From Alphaproteobacteria bacterium (GTDB lineage: Bacteria > Pseudomonadota > Alphaproteobacteria > 16-39-46): a stretch of 64,000 nt of DNA. The position numbers and the translations under genes were made by a program. The stretch's first letter is position 1. Each line of letters begins with the position of its first letter. The stretch lies in contig JAGYKM010000003.1 of NCBI GenBank assembly GCA_018401675.1, positions 102,161 through 166,160 on the forward strand. The letters are read 5' to 3'. Shown here piece after piece: positions 32,029 through 42,712 of the stretch. The notes beneath the pieces were generated by a model that did no database searches, had not been told where the DNA came from, and was given only the letters and a program-made list of their open reading frames with translations.

Positions 32029-33840
32029 ATGTGCGGCATTGCAGGGGTTTTAACGCCCTCATTTTCCATCGATCCTCGCATTGTAGGTCATTTTCAAAAA
32101 ACCTTGGCTCATAGAGGCCCTGACGATGAAGGGGTATTCCAAAAACTGTCTTTTGAGGAAAACGCCGAACCTTCGGTTTTATTATTTCATCGTCGTCTCT
32201 CTATTGTGGATATTGCCCAAGGCCACCAACCTTTTATATTCCCCATGACTGATGGAAACTATCTAGCCCTTATCGTTAATGGAGAAATTTATAACTTTGA
32301 CGCCATCCGGAAAAAATATTCTGAATTTCCCTTCAAGACAAGCTCTGACTGCGAATCCATCTTGCCCTTGTATTTAGACAAAGGGATTGAGTTCATGCCC
32401 CATCTTCAAGGCATGTTCTCTCTAGCTCTCTACGATTCTCGTACCCAGTCTCTTATTTTAGGCCGAGACCCTTTTGGGATGAAGCCTTTATATTTTCGCA
32501 ACATGGAGTCCGCTTTCCTTTTTGCCTCAGAAATACCCGCCTTAACTTTTCCATTTGCACCCAACCCCTTAGATAAAAATATCCAACAAGAAGCCCTCCA
32601 TCGGCAATATACCTCTGGGGCACCCACTCTGTTCCAAGAAATTACCCGTGTCCTTCCCGGTCAAACCATGGTCATTGATTCCCAGTTACATATAACCACG
32701 ACTCAAGCACCCCTAATGGAAAGGCCTTCAACAAAAAGCCGTTTCTTTTTGAGATCCCCCAAGCCTTCTTTGCCAGAAACTCTCAAAACTTTTGAGGCGC
32801 TTTTGTTGCAAACAGTAGAATCCCATTTGCTTTCAGATGTGCCTGTAGGATTATTTTTTTCAGGAGGAGTAGATTCAAGTATTATTCTTAAAGCTTTAAA
32901 CATGTTAGGCCATAATACCGTTCCCGCCTTTCATATTCGTTTTGAAGATGAACCCCCCACTTTGCCCAAAGATATGCCCTTAAAAGCATCGCTAAACGAA
33001 CTCCTATTCACCGAACAAGACTTTTGGGAACTCCTGCCTTTAGGCGCCTTCGTCATGGATGATTTTGCTGCAGATTATGCTGTTTTACCTACCTTAAAGC
33101 TTGCCCAAGCCGCAAAAAATGCCCAAATACCCGTTATTCTAAGTGGAGAAGGCGGCGATGAGATTTTTGCAGGCTATGGCCGCTACAAGAAGCATGGTTC
33201 CTGGCGCCCTTGGGCTTCCTCTTTATTCCGTCACAAAAGTCTCCTTTATAATTTACCTCTCCCCTCTCAGATGCTGTGGTATCAGAGTCTTTTGACAACT
33301 GAATCGGTTATTCAAAAAAGCTTATTGACGCCCTTACAAAAAGCTCAACTTATGGATCTCACCACTTGGCTCCCCGATGATTTAATGATCAAATTAGACC
33401 GCACCTTAATGCATTATGGGCTTGAAGGACGTCCCCCATTTTTGGATAAAGCTATGGCAAGTTTTGGGTTTAACCTCCCATCGTCGTATAAAATTCAGAA
33501 CAAGGAGGGGAAGTGGCTGCTTAAATATTGGCTATCCCAAGTGGAGCCTACATTGAATTTTTTCATAAAAAAGAAAGGATTTACGCCTCCCATTCATAAA
33601 TGGCTAGAAAGAAAGGCCGAGTTTTTAAAAAAAACATTGCCTCACCAAGAGGCACTTTCTTCCTTAATTCCTCCCCACCATACTCTCCACTTAATTGATC
33701 GACTATCCTGGCGCCAGGGGGATAAAAGAACTGGCCTTGCCGTATGGATTCTCCTTTACACGGTTTGGTACAAAATCCATGTCCAAGAGCATTTATTATT
33801 CACAGACTCTGTTTTCGATCTTCTGAAAACCCTGAAGTGA
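32029..33840 (+). CDS. asnB: Asparagine synthase (glutamine-hydrolysing) family amidotransferase
   Basis: MCGIAG, HRGPD, NGEIYN, SGGVDS and SGEGGDEIFAGY. Confidence 0.93.
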   Translation: MCGIAGVLTPSFSIDPRIVGHFQKTLAHRGPDDEGVFQKLSFEENAEPSVLLFHRRLSIVDIAQGHQPFIFPMTDGNYLALIVNGEIYNFDAIRKKYSEFPFKTSSDCESILPLYLDKGIEFMPHLQGMFSLALYDSRTQSLILGRDPFGMKPLYFRNMESAFLFASEIPALTFPFAPNPLDKNIQQEALHRQYTSGAPTLFQEITRVLPGQTMVIDSQLHITTTQAPLMERPSTKSRFFLRSPKPSLPETLKTFEALLLQTVESHLLSDVPVGLFFSGGVDSSIILKALNMLGHNTVPAFHIRFEDEPPTLPKDMPLKASLNELLFTEQDFWELLPLGAFVMDDFAADYAVLPTLKLAQAAKNAQIPVILSGEGGDEIFAGYGRYKKHGSWRPWASSLFRHKSLLYNLPLPSQMLWYQSLLTTESVIQKSLLTPLQKAQLMDLTTWLPDDLMIKLDRTLMHYGLEGRPPFLDKAMASFGFNLPSSYKIQNKEGKWLLKYWLSQVEPTLNFFIKKKGFTPPIHKWLERKAEFLKKTLPHQEALSSLIPPHHTLHLIDRLSWRQGDKRTGLAVWILLYTVWYKIHVQEHLLFTDSVFDLLKTLK

Positions 33841-33888
33841 TGGTAAGGATGAATATGCTTACCCCTGTTGATTAAGAGAGGTAATTTC

Positions 33889-34610
33889 ATGGCTACATTC
33901 TTTGTCTTTGGGTAAATATTATATCGCAAAGCACAGATTAAACGCGCCAAACCCTCACTAAAATCATCAGAATTAATCCGTCTCTGCGCGAGTAGTTGAG
34001 GGCCTTGTTCACTCAAACCCCGTTTTAATCTGCTATTTCCAATGCCAAAGAGGTAAAATATGCCTAAAGACACCATGGAAAAAGGTATCAAGTGGGGAGA
34101 AGGACAAGAAGAGGGCAGTCACTATGAAAGTGTTCGATATGAAGGCTACGGCCCTGAAGGGAGTGCACTGATTGTAGAATGCTTGACGGATAATCGCAAT
34201 CGCACCGCTTCCGAAGTTCGATCAACCTTGGGAAAACATGGAGGTTCTTTAGGCGAAACCAACAGTGTGGGCTTTATGTATTCAGACCATAAAGGCATTG
34301 TGCAGTACCTCAAACAGGTCACTCTGAAGCCCTCTTTGAAGCGCTATTGAAGCTGGGGCGGAAGATATTGATATTTCCGATGATCTCTATACGGTGATTT
34401 GCCCCATGGAGTCTTTTGGTGATGTCCGTTCAGCCCTGCAAACTCTTTTTCACGACCCAGTACGCGCTTGTCTTACCTGGCTCTCCAAAACAGACCTTTC
34501 TTTAAGTGAAGAAGGGGTCAAACTCTTACCAAATTAATTGATACCTTGGAAGAAAATGACGACGCCAAATTGTATACACCAATGCCCTTCTTCTTAAACA
34601 GGTTCCCTAA
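33889..34610 (+). CDS. yebC: YebC/PmpR family protein (many indels; ends approximate)
   Basis: [41 protein letters not shown] in 34060..34350, and [10 protein letters not shown] in a downstream frame. Confidence 0.85.
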
Positions 34611-35474
34611 ATGTCTGGTTACGTTCAAGTATGGACCGTTGATGTCTTTGCGAAAAAACCCTTTGAAGGAAACCCTGCGGGTGTCTTGATTTTGCCCCAA
34701 TTCCTTGAGGTGAGACAAATGCAAGCCATAGCGTGAGAGAAATTGAATCTCTCAGAGTCCAGTGTTTGTAGTCCCTTTGAGGGACCTTCGTCTTACCAAA
34801 TTCGCTGGTTTACCCCTCAAGAAGAAGCCCCTTTTTGCGTTCATGCCACCTTAGCTGCCGCTCATATCTTATGGGATTCCCAATTCGAAGAAGCACCTTT
34901 CGTGACTTTTCAATCGCTCTCGGGGGTTTTGCCCGTCTCTAAAGGACCTCATTTGGACGAGATTTCCATTGAGCTTCCCCTACAACCGTTGCCCGGGTGC
35001 TCCCAGCCTGATCCGCGGTTGGCCCAAGCTCTAGGGGTATCTTTTAACGCGATCTATTTTGGAAACACCCGTCCCCTTGCAAGAAGCGATCAAAATCCTC
35101 TTCCCGAATGGCTAACCTCTCACTATCTGGTAGAACTCTCCTCAGCTGATGAGGTGACCAAGTGTACGCCCAATTTAGAGCTCTTAGCCAAATTGGACTG
35201 TCGTGCCGTCACCATTACCGCCCCATCCAAACCTCCTTTTGATTTTATATCTCGCTATTTTGCGCCGCGTGTGGGCATCCCTGAAGATCCTTTTTGCGGC
35301 TCTACTCACTGCCGCTTAGCCCCTTTATGGGCTACGAAATTAAATAAAAATTGCCTCATGGCCAATAGTGGATCTTCCCGAGGTGGCCAAGTTCTCCTAG
35401 AATGCACTAATACTAAACTTAAAATGACTTCCACCGCCGTTACTGTTTTAAAAGGGTCGTTACGTCTTTTATAA
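34611..35474 (+). CDS. PhzF/YddE-family isomerase (in-frame TGA near 34734, probably an error)
   Basis: MSGYVQVWTVDVFAKKPFEGNPAGV from ATG 34611, then NLSE, IRWFTP..EAPFCVHATLA, SRYFAPRVGIPEDPFCGS and SRGG. Confidence 0.88.
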
Positions 35475-35700
35475 ACAATCAGAGAATCTTGAAAAGTGGT
35501 GGGTTGTTGTCCTATAGTAATTTACTAAGGTTAAAAACTTACTATTTCTTATCTATTAACTTCATCTTTAATAAAGAACTTGGCGCCAAGAATAGTTTCT
35601 GATAGGCCTTTGAGAGATATGAGGGGCAAAAAACTCATTTACGCTGTTTTTACTACCTCTTAAATATCCCTAGTATTAGTTTTTAAGGAGTGAGCGATCC

Positions 35701-36678
35701 GTGAACATTGTAAAATCTTCCCTAGTCCGAGCCTCATGGACGATTATTCTGTCCTTCTTTTTGGGTTCAGTGTTTCCTGGCCTTGTGCATGCGGATGCGT
35801 CCTTAACGCATGAAGTGGAACGACTGAAAAGACAGCTGTTGACCTTGGAGCAGAATTTCTATCGTGGAAGCCCTACCTCTCCTTCGATCCCTTCTTCCCC
35901 CCAGCCGTCTTCTATGCCCCTCAGTGGTTCTTCTCAAATGGCCTTGGAGCAAGAAATTCAAAAACTCACCTCTGCCTTGGAAGAGACACGCCATACAGTT
36001 AAACTTCAAAGAACTGAGATCCAGGCTTTAAAAAATGATATTGAGTTACGCTTATCGCAATTAGAGAAGAAGAAAGTGATTCAAGAACACGTTAAAGAAA
36101 TCTCAAAACCCACTTCTGACTTGAAAATACCTCCCGTCAAGAGCGCTCCTATCAAATCATCCACGCCAGAACGAACTCTTTGTTTACCTGAGAACAAAAC
36201 GCCACCATTGGATCCTACGCCCTCACCTGAAACCAAGAATGAAGATCCGACACCGAAAGTCCTAACTTCACCCTCCAGTTCCTTGCCGGACGATGCAGTA
36301 ACCGAAGAATACAATGAATCTTTAGCTCTTTTAAAAAGCAAAGATTATGCCTCTGCTCAGAAGGCATTTTCTTCCTTTATCAAAAACCATCCAAACCATG
36401 AGTTAACTGGAAACGCGCAGTTTTGGTTAGGCGAAGCTCTGGCGGCCTCGGGAGATTTTACTCAAGCCTCTGTAGCTTTTCTAACCGCCTATAAAAACCA
36501 TCCCAAAAACGCGAAACGTCCAGAAAGTCTTTTAAAGCTAGCCCATTGTTTAGGTCAATTAGGCAAACAAAAAGAAGCCTGTGCTACTTTACAAAAACTT
36601 TCCGTGGATTTTCCCGAAAGCTCCTCTGCGCTTAAACGCATGATGGTCGAGGAACAAAAATCAAATGGATGTTTGTGA
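35701..36678 (+). CDS. cpoB: Tol-Pal system TPR protein YbgF/CpoB
   Basis: Signal peptide, coiled coil, and TPRs NAQFWLGE and PESLLKLA...ACATL. It lies upstream of tilS. Confidence 0.9.
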   Translation: MNIVKSSLVRASWTIILSFFLGSVFPGLVHADASLTHEVERLKRQLLTLEQNFYRGSPTSPSIPSSPQPSSMPLSGSSQMALEQEIQKLTSALEETRHTVKLQRTEIQALKNDIELRLSQLEKKKVIQEHVKEISKPTSDLKIPPVKSAPIKSSTPERTLCLPENKTPPLDPTPSPETKNEDPTPKVLTSPSSSLPDDAVTEEYNESLALLKSKDYASAQKAFSSFIKNHPNHELTGNAQFWLGEALAASGDFTQASVAFLTAYKNHPKNAKRPESLLKLAHCLGQLGKQKEACATLQKLSVDFPESSSALKRMMVEEQKSNGCL

Positions 36679-37903
36679 ACCCCCCACCCACGAAGATTCT
36701 ACCCTTCCCATAAGCACTGATGAGTTTGAGTCTCTCATGGCCCCCCTTTTTGGAAAAGAAGCCAGGGGCTTGTCTTTTGGAGTCGCCCTTTCAGGAGGCG
36801 CAGACAGTCTCGCATTAACCATGCTTTTGCACCAATGGATCACACAACGGGGAGGAAGCTTACAAGCTCTCACCGTGGATCATGGCCTCAGACAAGATTC
36901 TGACCAAGAGGCTCTTGAAGTTGCTCTCTGGCTTAAGAGACTCGGCATTGCCCATACTATTCTGACTATCCCTCCGTGGGACCCAAAAAGCCGTATCCAA
37001 GAGCACGCTCGGGCCCACCGTCATCATCTCTTAGCCACCTACTGCTCTGCCTATAACCTTCGATATTTATTTTTTGGGCATCACATCCAAGATCAATGGG
37101 AAACTTTTCTGCACAGGTTAGCTCATAAGAGTGGCCTCGATGGACTCACCTGTATGAGCCCCCTTTCTAGAACCTCGTTTGGTTTTAAATGCCGCCCTCT
37201 TCTTGATGTACCCAAACAACGGTTAGTGGCCACTCTCAAGACTTGCAAACTTTCCCATATGGAAGATCCCAGCAATAGAGACCCACGTTTCCATCGCTCC
37301 AAGATCCGAGATAAGGCACAAGCTTTAACAGACCTTGGCTTAACGCCGGAGGCTATTAATGGCACTTTGCATAAACTAAGAAAAGTGCGTGAAAGTCTAG
37401 ACACAATCGTGGCATCAGCTTTTGAGGCCACAACTATGATATTTCCCTTAGGCTACGCGACGGTTGATCTTTTGAAGTTGCAAACTTTTCCTCGAGAGAT
37501 TACACGACGGCTTTTTGAGGATCTTAGCCTACGCGTTAGCCCAAACCCATATCCCCCGAGGAGCGGGTCTTTTGATTCTATTTTAGACTGCCTCTATCCA
37601 AAACCCTCGCCTCTTGCTTTTATTAATTCTGATGGAGGTTTGCCTGAGATAGAGGAGATGGTAGAAAAAAACCACCCACCCAGAACCTGGTCCATCCAAG
37701 GAATTTTTTGTAAAAATAGCGTTCTTTGGATCATGCGGGCCCCTAGAAAAACGCCCCCCACCGCTGGCTCCTCTTACGGCAGAACCTCATCATTTGATGG
37801 ACTATGGATGATCTTTGGACAGGTCTCACCGTGCTTGAGCATCCCTATTATCTTGGGACAATCCCATTTCTTCTGGGCCTACCAAAAGCGGTCTCAACGC
37901 TGA
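36665..37903 (+). CDS. tilS: tRNA(Ile)-lysidine synthetase (3' end possibly frameshifted)
   Basis: VALSGGADS, TVDHGLR, GHHIQDQWETF and EDPSN. Confidence 0.94.
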   Translation: MDVCEPPTHEDSTLPISTDEFESLMAPLFGKEARGLSFGVALSGGADSLALTMLLHQWITQRGGSLQALTVDHGLRQDSDQEALEVALWLKRLGIAHTILTIPPWDPKSRIQEHARAHRHHLLATYCSAYNLRYLFFGHHIQDQWETFLHRLAHKSGLDGLTCMSPLSRTSFGFKCRPLLDVPKQRLVATLKTCKLSHMEDPSNRDPRFHRSKIRDKAQALTDLGLTPEAINGTLHKLRKVRESLDTIVASAFEATTMIFPLGYATVDLLKLQTFPREITRRLFEDLSLRVSPNPYPPRSGSFDSILDCLYPKPSPLAFINSDGGLPEIEEMVEKNHPPRTWSIQGIFCKNSVLWIMRAPRKTPPTAGSSYGRTSSFDGLWMIFGQVSPCLSIPIILGQSHFFWAYQKRSQR

Positions 37904-38230
37904 AGAAAGTCCTCCTTTAAAATAGCGCCTTTAGGTAAAAGAGGTTAAAAAAAACAACAGCACCCTTCTCGACCTCATCCCAACGTGATTTACGAAAACC
38001 CTTCCGGCGCTGTGGAATCAAGATCAGCTTTGTATCTGTTCCCACCCAGCTTTTGGGCTCACGAAAATGGAGAGAGAACAGAGCTTTGGGGGAAGGTTCC
38101 TCAGTTTATCCATGGCAGTAAACTGATCCTACTCCTGCCCTCCCTCACGCTTCCTTGTTGAAAGCTTCTAAAAAGAGGGTACGCTTATTTTTCTCGACTA
38201 TAGGCTTCTAACATCTCTCCACTGGACTCA

Positions 38231-38794
38231 TCACACAGAATAGAGAGATTCTGGTGATAGCTGGCGCACCATAATTAATCCTTTGACTTCCTTTAGATAT
38301 GAAGTAACGGCGCCAGGACGCGACGTGTAAGGATTTAAGTTGCTGATGCCAATTATGAAAGAGCCACTTGGGTTTTTTTGTGCTGCGTATATTTCTTGGA
38401 CAGCAGGGCGCATCCCACCTGGTCTACTAAAATCTTGGACATTTTTTCCTACCAGCGCAGGGTATTTAACAGAACAGCGTAGTTTACCTCCTTTGGTCAA
38501 GACTGATACACCGTGAAAGTGCGATCCAATCTTTGTGCAGAAAGAACCATTTCTGTCGTTTAAATCTCTCAATCCCTTCTCCATGCCCACTCGTTGTATA
38601 TGGGCCTCAGCCTTCTCTACTAATCTCTTTGCTTCTTTTTTACGCTGTTCTAGGATTTTATCATCATTATCAACGTCTTCGAAGGTTTGTGGTCTTTGCT
38701 CTTTTCCAAATACATCCACCTTGACCGCTGAAACGCCTTGGCAAACCACAAAGGATAGAGCAGTACCTGTTAGTATATTAAAAATCTTTGACAT
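38231..38794 (-). CDS. Secreted single Cache-domain protein (paralog 3)
   Basis: Signal peptide, EAKRLVEKAEAHI...G.F...YPALVGKN...NPYT (sCache_2-like). Confidence 0.75.
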   Translation of the reverse strand: MSKIFNILTGTALSFVVCQGVSAVKVDVFGKEQRPQTFEDVDNDDKILEQRKKEAKRLVEKAEAHIQRVGMEKGLRDLNDRNGSFCTKIGSHFHGVSVLTKGGKLRCSVKYPALVGKNVQDFSRPGGMRPAVQEIYAAQKNPSGSFIIGISNLNPYTSRPGAVTSYLKEVKGLIMVRQLSPESLYSV

Positions 38795-38983
38795 TTTAAG
38801 AAATCCTCCTGTGTAAATTTTTATTGTTTTACTTTTAAGCTTTCTTCGGATGAGCGTTATTGATCAACCACTTAGACGTCTTAAACTCAAGACGAGACGA
38901 AATCACAATATCCCCACCCACTTAAAAAATCTGTTTATAGGTAAGCCCCTCTGGTAGTAGATAAAGGCTACCTATAAATTTAC

Positions 38984-39592
38984 TTACTCCTCTGTATACA
39001 AGTCTATATCCTCGGCTGCTATTAAGTTTCTATAGGAACCCATGGGATGGTGAGCTTCGGCAACAAAAATCATACCGTCATGCTCACGCACATAGGTGCT
39101 ACTTACTCCTGGTTTTCCGGTATAAGGATCTAAATTGCTCATGTGGGTATAGAAAGTTCCCTCTGGATGTGCTGCTGCCGCTGCCACAACCTTCGGGGAA
39201 TCCATCTGGTCTCCGGGGCTTCTCCACCCAATGTCATTTGTGCCAACGAGACCTGGGAACGTGCATGAAACCAAGTTATCTCTTTCCGTAGTTGTTATAT
39301 ATACCCCCGTATAGTGCTTGCTTACTTTGATGCAAAAGTCTCCACCTCTCATGCCGATGATTGCAAAAGCCTCAGGGCCTTCTTTTTTATAAAGATCAAT
39401 AGCCTTATTCACCATCTCTTTTGCCCTGGCTTTACGATCTGCGAGTATCTTTTCGGATTTTTGTAAAGCGGAGAGAGACCCTTTTTTATTCTGTGTCTTC
39501 ATTTCTCCGTCTGACATCTGAACGGCGCCCACATTTTGGCTCAAGACAACGCCTACAGCTGCGACTGATAGTATGTTAACTATTTTATACAT
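38984..39592 (-). CDS. Secreted single Cache-domain protein (paralog 2)
   Basis: Signal peptide, RAKEMVNKAIDLYKKEG...FPGLVGTN...SPG...DPYTGKPG. Confidence 0.75.
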   Translation of the reverse strand: MYKIVNILSVAAVGVVLSQNVGAVQMSDGEMKTQNKKGSLSALQKSEKILADRKARAKEMVNKAIDLYKKEGPEAFAIIGMRGGDFCIKVSKHYTGVYITTTERDNLVSCTFPGLVGTNDIGWRSPGDQMDSPKVVAAAAAHPEGTFYTHMSNLDPYTGKPGVSSTYVREHDGMIFVAEAHHPMGSYRNLIAAEDIDLYTEE

Positions 39593-39804
39593 TTATGACA
39601 TCCTCCTGTTTTAGTTTTTAAATTTAATTTCTTTATTCTATCTCTTCGGGACTCTTCTAGAAATCCCACACGCTCGTTCTGTTGATGGTAGATCGCCTGC
39701 CTTAAGAGAATAAAGCCACCTCCTTTGCGTCCCATTACCTCGTAAGCATCATCTGACATTTCTTGGCTCAAGGATTTTAGGAAATTCTGTTGCCTGTTAT
39801 TTTT

Positions 39805-40422
39805 TTATTTCTTGTGTATATGTGTATACAAGTCCCCATTCTCTGCTGGCACAAGCTCACGATAAGGGGAATCCAAGTGATAAGCTGGTGAAGAAAAAAT
39901 AAGACCGTCATAAACCAGATAAAATATAGTGACCGTGCCTGGTATTCCGGTATGTGGATTCCTATTGCTCATATAGGTAACCTGCCCCCCTTCTGGATGG
40001 GCCTTAGCTTCATCTGCCAACAAACGCATAGGGTGGGTGCCATCGGGAGATTTCCAACTGATATCATTTGTCCCGACCAACCCCGGATACTTATATGAGG
40101 CCATCACGTCTCTCTCCAAAGTTGCTACAGATATCCCTGTACGAAACGGATTATTCTGATCATCGAACATGCCTTCTTTCTTATTAATCATCGTAAAAAC
40201 TTCTTTTCCTTTTTTTTTATATAGCTCGATTGTATTGGTTACTAACTCGACCGCCCGGGCTTTACGTTTTCCAAATGTATCATCTGCTCGATAACCATCT
40301 TTAACGCCCGCAAGCTTTTCCAACTTCGCATTGCTTGCGTGCCCAGAGTCCTGTGCCCGAACGCCTTGGACCAATAGGATTGACAAAGCCGCCACAGCAA
40401 CCAGTTGATAAATTTTAGACAT
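39805..40422 (-). CDS. Secreted single Cache-domain protein (paralog 1)
   Basis: Signal peptide, RAVELVTNTIELYKKKG...YPGLVGTN...SPDG...NPHTGIPG. Confidence 0.75.
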   Translation of the reverse strand: MSKIYQLVAVAALSILLVQGVRAQDSGHASNAKLEKLAGVKDGYRADDTFGKRKARAVELVTNTIELYKKKGKEVFTMINKKEGMFDDQNNPFRTGISVATLERDVMASYKYPGLVGTNDISWKSPDGTHPMRLLADEAKAHPEGGQVTYMSNRNPHTGIPGTVTIFYLVYDGLIFSSPAYHLDSPYRELVPAENGDLYTHIHKK

Positions 40423-40694
40423 GTGTACCTCCTGCTTAATGAATTTTTAATTCTTATGCCTCATCATATATATATTTTTCTTTCCTGACAACTTGGGCTG
40501 AGCATTTATCTTTATCTATAGTGTCTTTTTTTGCGTCAGATCAGATCTCTTTTCTCATTTTTCATCTATAGAAAATGTCAAAAACGTGGATTTTTAGCTA
40601 CCAATCTATGTGTTATGGTATATAAAACTAATATGAGGCCGATAAGCTGGATTCTCATAAGCTTATTCGTACCCTAGGAGCAAAGGAGCTGAAC

Positions 40695-42600
40695 TTGAAA
40701 ACTTTTAATAAAAATATTCTATTATGGATTGCCATTATTCTCGGCACCCTCATTATTTATAATGTTTTTCAGTCGGGTTCCTCCACTACGGCTAACTCGG
40801 TGCCCTTCTCTGACTTTTTACAAGAGGCCGAACGGGGGCAAGTCAGAGACGTATTCATCCGCGGCAATGTGCTCACAGGCCATTTGTCTACAGGTCAAGT
40901 GTTTACCACTTATATGCCCAACCAAACAAACATCGTTGCTTTTTTAGCCGATAAAGATATTCGCATTTCGGCTGGCCCTTTGGAAGAATTTTCCTTTTTC
41001 CAAATGGTTCTCTCTTGGCTGCCCATGATTATTCTCGCCGGAATCTGGATATTTGCCTTGCGGCAAATGCAAGGAGGCGCTGGTGGCGGAAAAATTATGG
41101 GTTTTGGTAAATCTCGTGCGCGTTTACTCACCGAAAAACAAGGTCGCGTCACCTTTGAAGATGTGGCGGGAATTGAAGAAACCAAACAAGAATTGGAAGA
41201 AATCGTTGAATTCTTAAAATTCCCTAAGAAATTCCAAAGGCTTGGTGGAGAAATCCCCAAGGGCGTCTTGCTTATCCCGGTCCTCCCTGGAACAAGGAAA
41301 AACCCTTTTAGCTCGAGCCATAGCTGGAGAAGCCAACGTACCCTTTTTTACCATTTCTGGGTCTGATTTTGTGGAAATGTTTGTAGGTGTGGGCGCGAGC
41401 CGGGTACGAGATATGTTTGAGCAAGCTAAAAAAAGTGCACCTTGTATTGTGTTTATTGATGAAATAGATGCGGTGGGACGTCACAGGGGCGCTGGCATGG
41501 GCGGTGGAAACGATGAACGGGAACAAACCCTTAACCAACTTCTGGTGGAGATGGATGGATTTGAAAGCAACGAGGGCGTGATTCTCATTGCGGCCACCAA
41601 TAGACCGGATGTTCTAGATCCTGCCTTATTACGTCCTGGTCGTTTCGATCGACGGGTTATGGTTCCAGACCCCGACTTGGTTGGCCGGGAAAAAATCCTT
41701 CTGGTTCATATGCGCAAAATCCCCCTTTCCAAAAATGTGGATACACAAGTTATTGCCCGAGGCACTCCTGGCTTTTCAGGAGCTGATCTTAAAAACTTAG
41801 TCAACGAAGCGGCTTTATTAGCTGCACGGCGCAACAAGCGCTCTGTGACTATGGCTGAATTTGAAGAAGCAAAAGATAAGGTCATGATGGGCGCTGAACG
41901 TCGCTCTATGTTGATGAGTGAAGAGGAGCGTAAACTCACGGCTTATCATGAGTCAGGCCATGCCTTAGTCGCGGTGCGAATGAAAGAATCCGACCCCATT
42001 CATAAAGCCACTATTATCCCTAGAGGGCGGGCATTGGGCATGGTGGTTCGTCTTCCTGAGACTGATCAACGCTCCTTAACCCGGGCGAAGCTCGAAGCAG
42101 ACTTAGCTGTGGCAATGGGGGGTCGTATTGCTGAGGAGATGATCTTTGGTGCTGATAAAATAACCACCGGGGCTTCTTCTGATATTAAGATGGCCACTGA
42201 CATTGCCAGACGTATGGTAACTGAATGGGGAATGAGCCTTGAGCTAGGGCCCTTAAGCTATGGAGATCGAGGTCAAGATTTTTCTCCTTATGCGCCTGCT
42301 CAACAATTCTCAGATTCGACCACGCGCTCTATTGATACAGAAATGAGAAAAATCATAGATCTGGCTTACAAAACGGCTTTTGACATTCTCCACGAATCTT
42401 TGGATGATCTTCATCTCCTGGCCCAAGCTCTTCTAGAACATGAAACCCTTACGGGGGAAGAGATTCATCAAACCTTAAAGGGTAAACCTCTGGATAGGCC
42501 TGTTTCAAAACCCCCCATTCAAAAAGGAGCGTCTGTGCCAACTTCGCGGCCGTCACGTCCTTCGCGTCCCAAAAGCCCCAAACCCTCTCCGCATACCTAA
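40695..42600 (+). CDS. ftsH: ATP-dependent zinc metalloprotease FtsH (indels near 41275-41305)
   Basis: Two TM helices, [27 protein letters not shown] and HESGH. Confidence 0.97.
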
Positions 42601-42712
42601 GAGCTATCTTTTTTCTAGAAAATTTTTATTCTAGGTTTATGCCAAAACTAAATCTCTTCGGGCTATGTGTGCTTGTAAAAACTATTCCCAACCCCATAAG
42701 GATGCCCTCTAG

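Noticed and set aside
34734-34736. In-frame TGA in the PhzF-like gene as possible recoding (selenocysteine or code change)
   Set aside because: TGA is an ordinary stop elsewhere in the window (e.g. fabF, asnB), and the site adjoins the heavily corrupted yebC region, so an error is more likely.
40436-40450. CtrA-box-like TTAA-N7-TTAA upstream of the Cache array
   Set aside because: A single match in very AT-rich DNA, so probably chance.
41270-41310. Programmed frameshift in ftsH
   Set aside because: The break corrupts the Walker A region of a conserved protease and matches the indel pattern seen throughout the window.
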